A stretch of DNA of 63,059 nt, the filler included, from Circinaria calcarea (lineage: Eukaryota), in NCBI GenBank assembly GCA_051942165.1. It is 51 parts of 51 records of this genome, joined end to end, with 100 filler letters (N's around TTAATTAATTAA, not from the genome) between each part and the next. Parts side by side here need not be neighbours in the genome. Positions count along the whole stretch, not along the records: positions 59,481 to 60,607 come from JAVECS010005273.1; positions 60,708 to 61,833 come from JAVECS010005274.1; positions 61,934 to 63,059 come from JAVECS010005275.1; 48 more parts are not named here. One strand, given 5' to 3'. A program made the position numbers and the translations under genes. The notes under the pieces are model-generated. The model was given only the letters and a program-made list of their open reading frames with translations. It searched no databases and was not told where the DNA came from. Shown here piece by piece: positions 59,973-63,059 of the stretch. Within the stretch, counting starts at the first letter, position 1; each line of letters begins with the position of its first letter.

Positions 59973-61934
59973 GATTGTAACAAAATCTTACAGGAAAAGA
60001 TTGTCGTTGGATCATCTGCATTGGTGAGCTTTCTGCATTGGAAATGTGAGTGAGGATGAGTGCATTCGATGAGGTCTAATACTTAATACGATGTGAATGA
60101 TGGGTAGTGGTGGGCCTTTATATAGTTCAACATTAGGGATAGTAACAAAATTACATACGAATTAATGACTTGATCAGGATGATTCATGTGCTACGGTTCA
60201 TCTCTTGGTACTCAACTGATCCTCTATAATTTCGAAAAATACAGCACCAATGTTATTTCCTTCCGTGTCAAAAAGCCTCCCCTACCCGATTAATTCTCTC
60301 CTCATTACAACCTATCCAACCCCCCTTTACCAAATTCCTCCCCCACCTCTCCCACTAATTTTTTCAAGCATTTTCATCCCGAGTCCCGAGCCCCCTCCGT
60401 CCCTAATATAACTCTCGAGTCTCCGCATCCTCGTCAAAATTCTTTCTTTCCTATCCCAATTCCTTTATCTAGCTAGAGGTAGTTTGCACACTAGGGGCTC
60501 ATATAATTCTCCTCTAGGAAGAAGAAAAACCGAAGTCCTCTTCTTCAAGAGGTTTTCCCCCCAATTTTGCGGGAAGTATGGCAAGGCGGGGTAGGGCAAG
60601 GTAGGGGNNNNNNNNNNNNNNNNNNNNNNNNNNNNNNNNNNNNNNNNNNNNTTAATTAATTAANNNNNNNNNNNNNNNNNNNNNNNNNNNNNNNNNNNNN
60701 NNNNNNNAGGGAGGGGGGGGCATATAGTATAGCATAACATGGGCAAAAAACTCAAAAAGATTTTAGAAAAAGCTAGAACAAACCAGCACAGATTAGCTCT
60801 TGCCAAAGGGGGCCCGAGTACCGAGAAGCTGTTGGGCCTTATTAGACACAAATAAAATATAGCCATCAAACCTGTTTTCCCACCTTCTTGTCGTTGAATG
60901 CAGATAGATGCACATGCAGATAAATGCAGATGCACATGCAGATAAATGCAGATGCACATACGTGACCACCTTTACCGGCTCCCATGGACCATTCCTTGAT
61001 TTCATTTTGATTCGGATGGAATATCTATCGAGTTTTTTGCACCGGCCCAGTCTATTTTATAATATAAAAGTCCCTGGACCCAAAAAGGACCGAATCAAAG
61101 GTTTAGGTCCGGGGACCATCGGGATAGCCGCTAATGCGGGTATACGAAACATTTCCTATGGGAATTGCATTGATTCATTTAAAAAAAATTAAAAAAAATT
61201 AAAAAAAATTAAAAAGTCTCTCAGGGAACAAGTTATCCCGGTTGGAAAGAAAGTCCCCGTAGATGTGGTTTTGGTACTTGGGCACGTAATTACAGAAAAG
61301 GAAAGCCCATGGGAGTTTTACATGTAGTGTCCAGACTCATGACTTATTCATCGTATATCATCATCCCACAGATGGCGTCTGATAGGGAAACCTCATGTCA
61401 TGAGTCAAGCTGCTTGTGGTCTGCCTAGGAGGTACTGTTTCATCAACCCAGTCTTACAAAAAAGCAGCATAGGGAACCATAGAAGATTGTCAGCCACCAA
61501 CGCCATGGTTACACTCGTGAGTTGCACCCCCTGCATCGAAAAGAGCAGGTTCTCTAATCAGAGAGTCTCGCTAATGAGGAATCACGACATTTGTAAAGAC
61601 GACCCAGCATTCGCAATGCGTCTCTATCATGCGTAAATCGTGTGAAAGGTTCATGAAGCTGACTCCGCTCAGACACTTTCACCTTCCCTGGCATCTTCAC
61701 TCAACTCCTTACCTTGAGTCTCTTCTCCCAACCTGCTCGTCATATAAGCCGCCACGAGCGCGGCCAACCCTCCAAACCTCAAGACCCATCCCACACTATC
61801 ATCTCCCGCGACACCTCTCGGTTTCTGAGCCAANNNNNNNNNNNNNNNNNNNNNNNNNNNNNNNNNNNNNNNNNNNNTTAATTAATTAANNNNNNNNNNN
61901 NNNNNNNNNNNNNNNNNNNNNNNNNNNNNNNNNT

Positions 61935-62153
61935 TCCGAAGTTCAAGCCGTTGTTCGTCCTGCCAAGGGAGGAGCATTGACAAAGAGAGCACATGTGCAG
62001 AAAAAGAACCCGTTGAAGAACAAGCAAGTCTTGTTGCGATTGAATCCGTACGCCAAGGCTTTTACGGAGGGCAAGATGGGTAGTATCAAGTTGGACGATG
62101 GAAAACCAAAGAGGGCGGAAGAGGCTTTTTCGAATGTGATGCATGAAGATTAG
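61935..62153 (+). CDS. RPL4: 60S ribosomal protein L4 (uL4), C-terminal fragment
   Basis: SEVQAVVRP...VQKKNPLKNKQVLLRLNPYAKAF. Confidence 0.95.
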   Translation, partial: SEVQAVVRPAKGGALTKRAHVQKKNPLKNKQVLLRLNPYAKAFTEGKMGSIKLDDGKPKRAEEAFSNVMHED

Positions 62154-62790
62154 AAGGGGCAGATGATGATAATGGCAGTCAAGATTCCTTGAAGCAGTTG
62201 GTCTGTCTAGTCGGTAGATTAGTTACAACATTGGCATCCGAGCTTATCTTGCTATCTACTCCATATTTGCAACTCGTAGTGAGAAAAGTTAAAGCTACCT
62301 CGAAACCCAAGTCCCTCCCATACGTGCAAGAAATTTCAACCCAAGCGTATAGGACTGTCCATCCTAGATTCAAATTCCTATTCCTCTACTCCAAGAAGAT
62401 TTCCTTTTCTTGGAAACATCCTCACCCTCTCACTTTTTGTCGTCCATTGCACATCGGCACATAGGGCACGCTGAGATAATTGCCAAAGTTATCTCCTTTC
62501 TCCCATCTTCCATCTCCCATCTCCCATCTCCATACTCATCTTCTCCGCTTCGCTTCGCTTCGCTTCCTTTGATTTGGAGCCCCCTTGGAAGGGGGGTAAC
62601 AAATAATCTTCCTTGGGCGCACTTGGGTTTACACGTATTTTGGCTTTCTGGGACTTTGTTTTTGGCAATTTTATACCCCACCCCCAGATTTCAGGGGGTA
62701 CCCCGAAAAACACATTACTGCTAGGAGGGTAACAGCTAAGAACCCGGCCCGAGGCTGGTAGGCTAAATTCGCCCATCGTGGTTTCGAGTG

Positions 62791-62940
62791 GGTAGCTGTC
62801 GCTGTCGCTATCGCACTATACTGCTGTCATACTGTGTCCCAATGCCACTATCGCAATGCCACTGGCGGCAGTGACCTCTGCGACAGTGGTCTCTGCGACA
62901 GTGACAGCGACCTTCCGCAGTGACCTTAATACTAGCTACC
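62791..62940. mobile_element. Possible 150-bp hAT-like MITE
   Basis: Ends GGTAGCT/AGCTACC; CTGTCGC repeats on the left, GCGACAG repeats on the right; flanks TTCGAGTG and TTCGACTA (6/8 identical). Confidence 0.4.
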
Positions 62941-63059
62941 TTCGACTAACAGAAGGTTAATCGCTAAAATTTGGGATGGGGTATGAATGGCAACTTGGAT
63001 TATGAAATTGCATATTTCAAGCTAGTAAGGAATCGAAATTGTATGTTTCCATCAATATA

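Noticed and set aside
60897..60960. ATGCAGATAAATGCAGATGCAC tandem repeat as a coding peptide repeat
   Set aside because: About three copies in low-complexity intergenic DNA with no convincing ORF

Overview
This window is not a contiguous locus. It is an artificial concatenation of 51 unrelated short contigs (1148 bp down to 1126 bp, sorted by decreasing length) joined by 50 identical 100-bp spacers (44 N + TTAATTAATTAA + 44 N), so adjacency across spacers has no biological meaning. Almost all contigs come from a filamentous ascomycete (Pezizomycotina): short GT-AG introns with CTRAY branch points, and RIP-mutated repeats. A lichen-forming fungus is plausible but unproven. Recognisable gene fragments include zuotin, RRN3, PSA1, niaD, RTF1, Vps21/Rab5, Pxa2-like ABCD, dynactin p150, NPY1, Spg1/Tem1, SHR3, SGF73, RPL4, SRP receptor beta, UNC-50, an SNF2 ATPase, a sugar transporter, choline kinase, laccase, MRJP/yellow, an AA7-like oxidase, an O-methyltransferase, a phenol hydroxylase, AvfA/AflX-like, DUF3328 and PIR-like proteins. 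One contig (54562-55691) looks bacterial. The most interesting signal comes from comparing contigs. Four contigs carry the two ends of one repeat family with asymmetric inverted repeats (TGCCCTGAAACG), a 3' GC hairpin, a 22-bp tandem array and TAGCA-type satellite, which fits a non-autonomous Helitron2/Helentron-like element. Also present: two pogo/Fot1 copies each interrupted by a different LTR-like sequence, a deleted Mutator-like element in front of the SRP receptor gene, three MITE-like elements, a GC-AG intron, a 4-nt micro-exon and tandem NirA sites upstream of niaD. All family calls are from motif recognition, not database searches.
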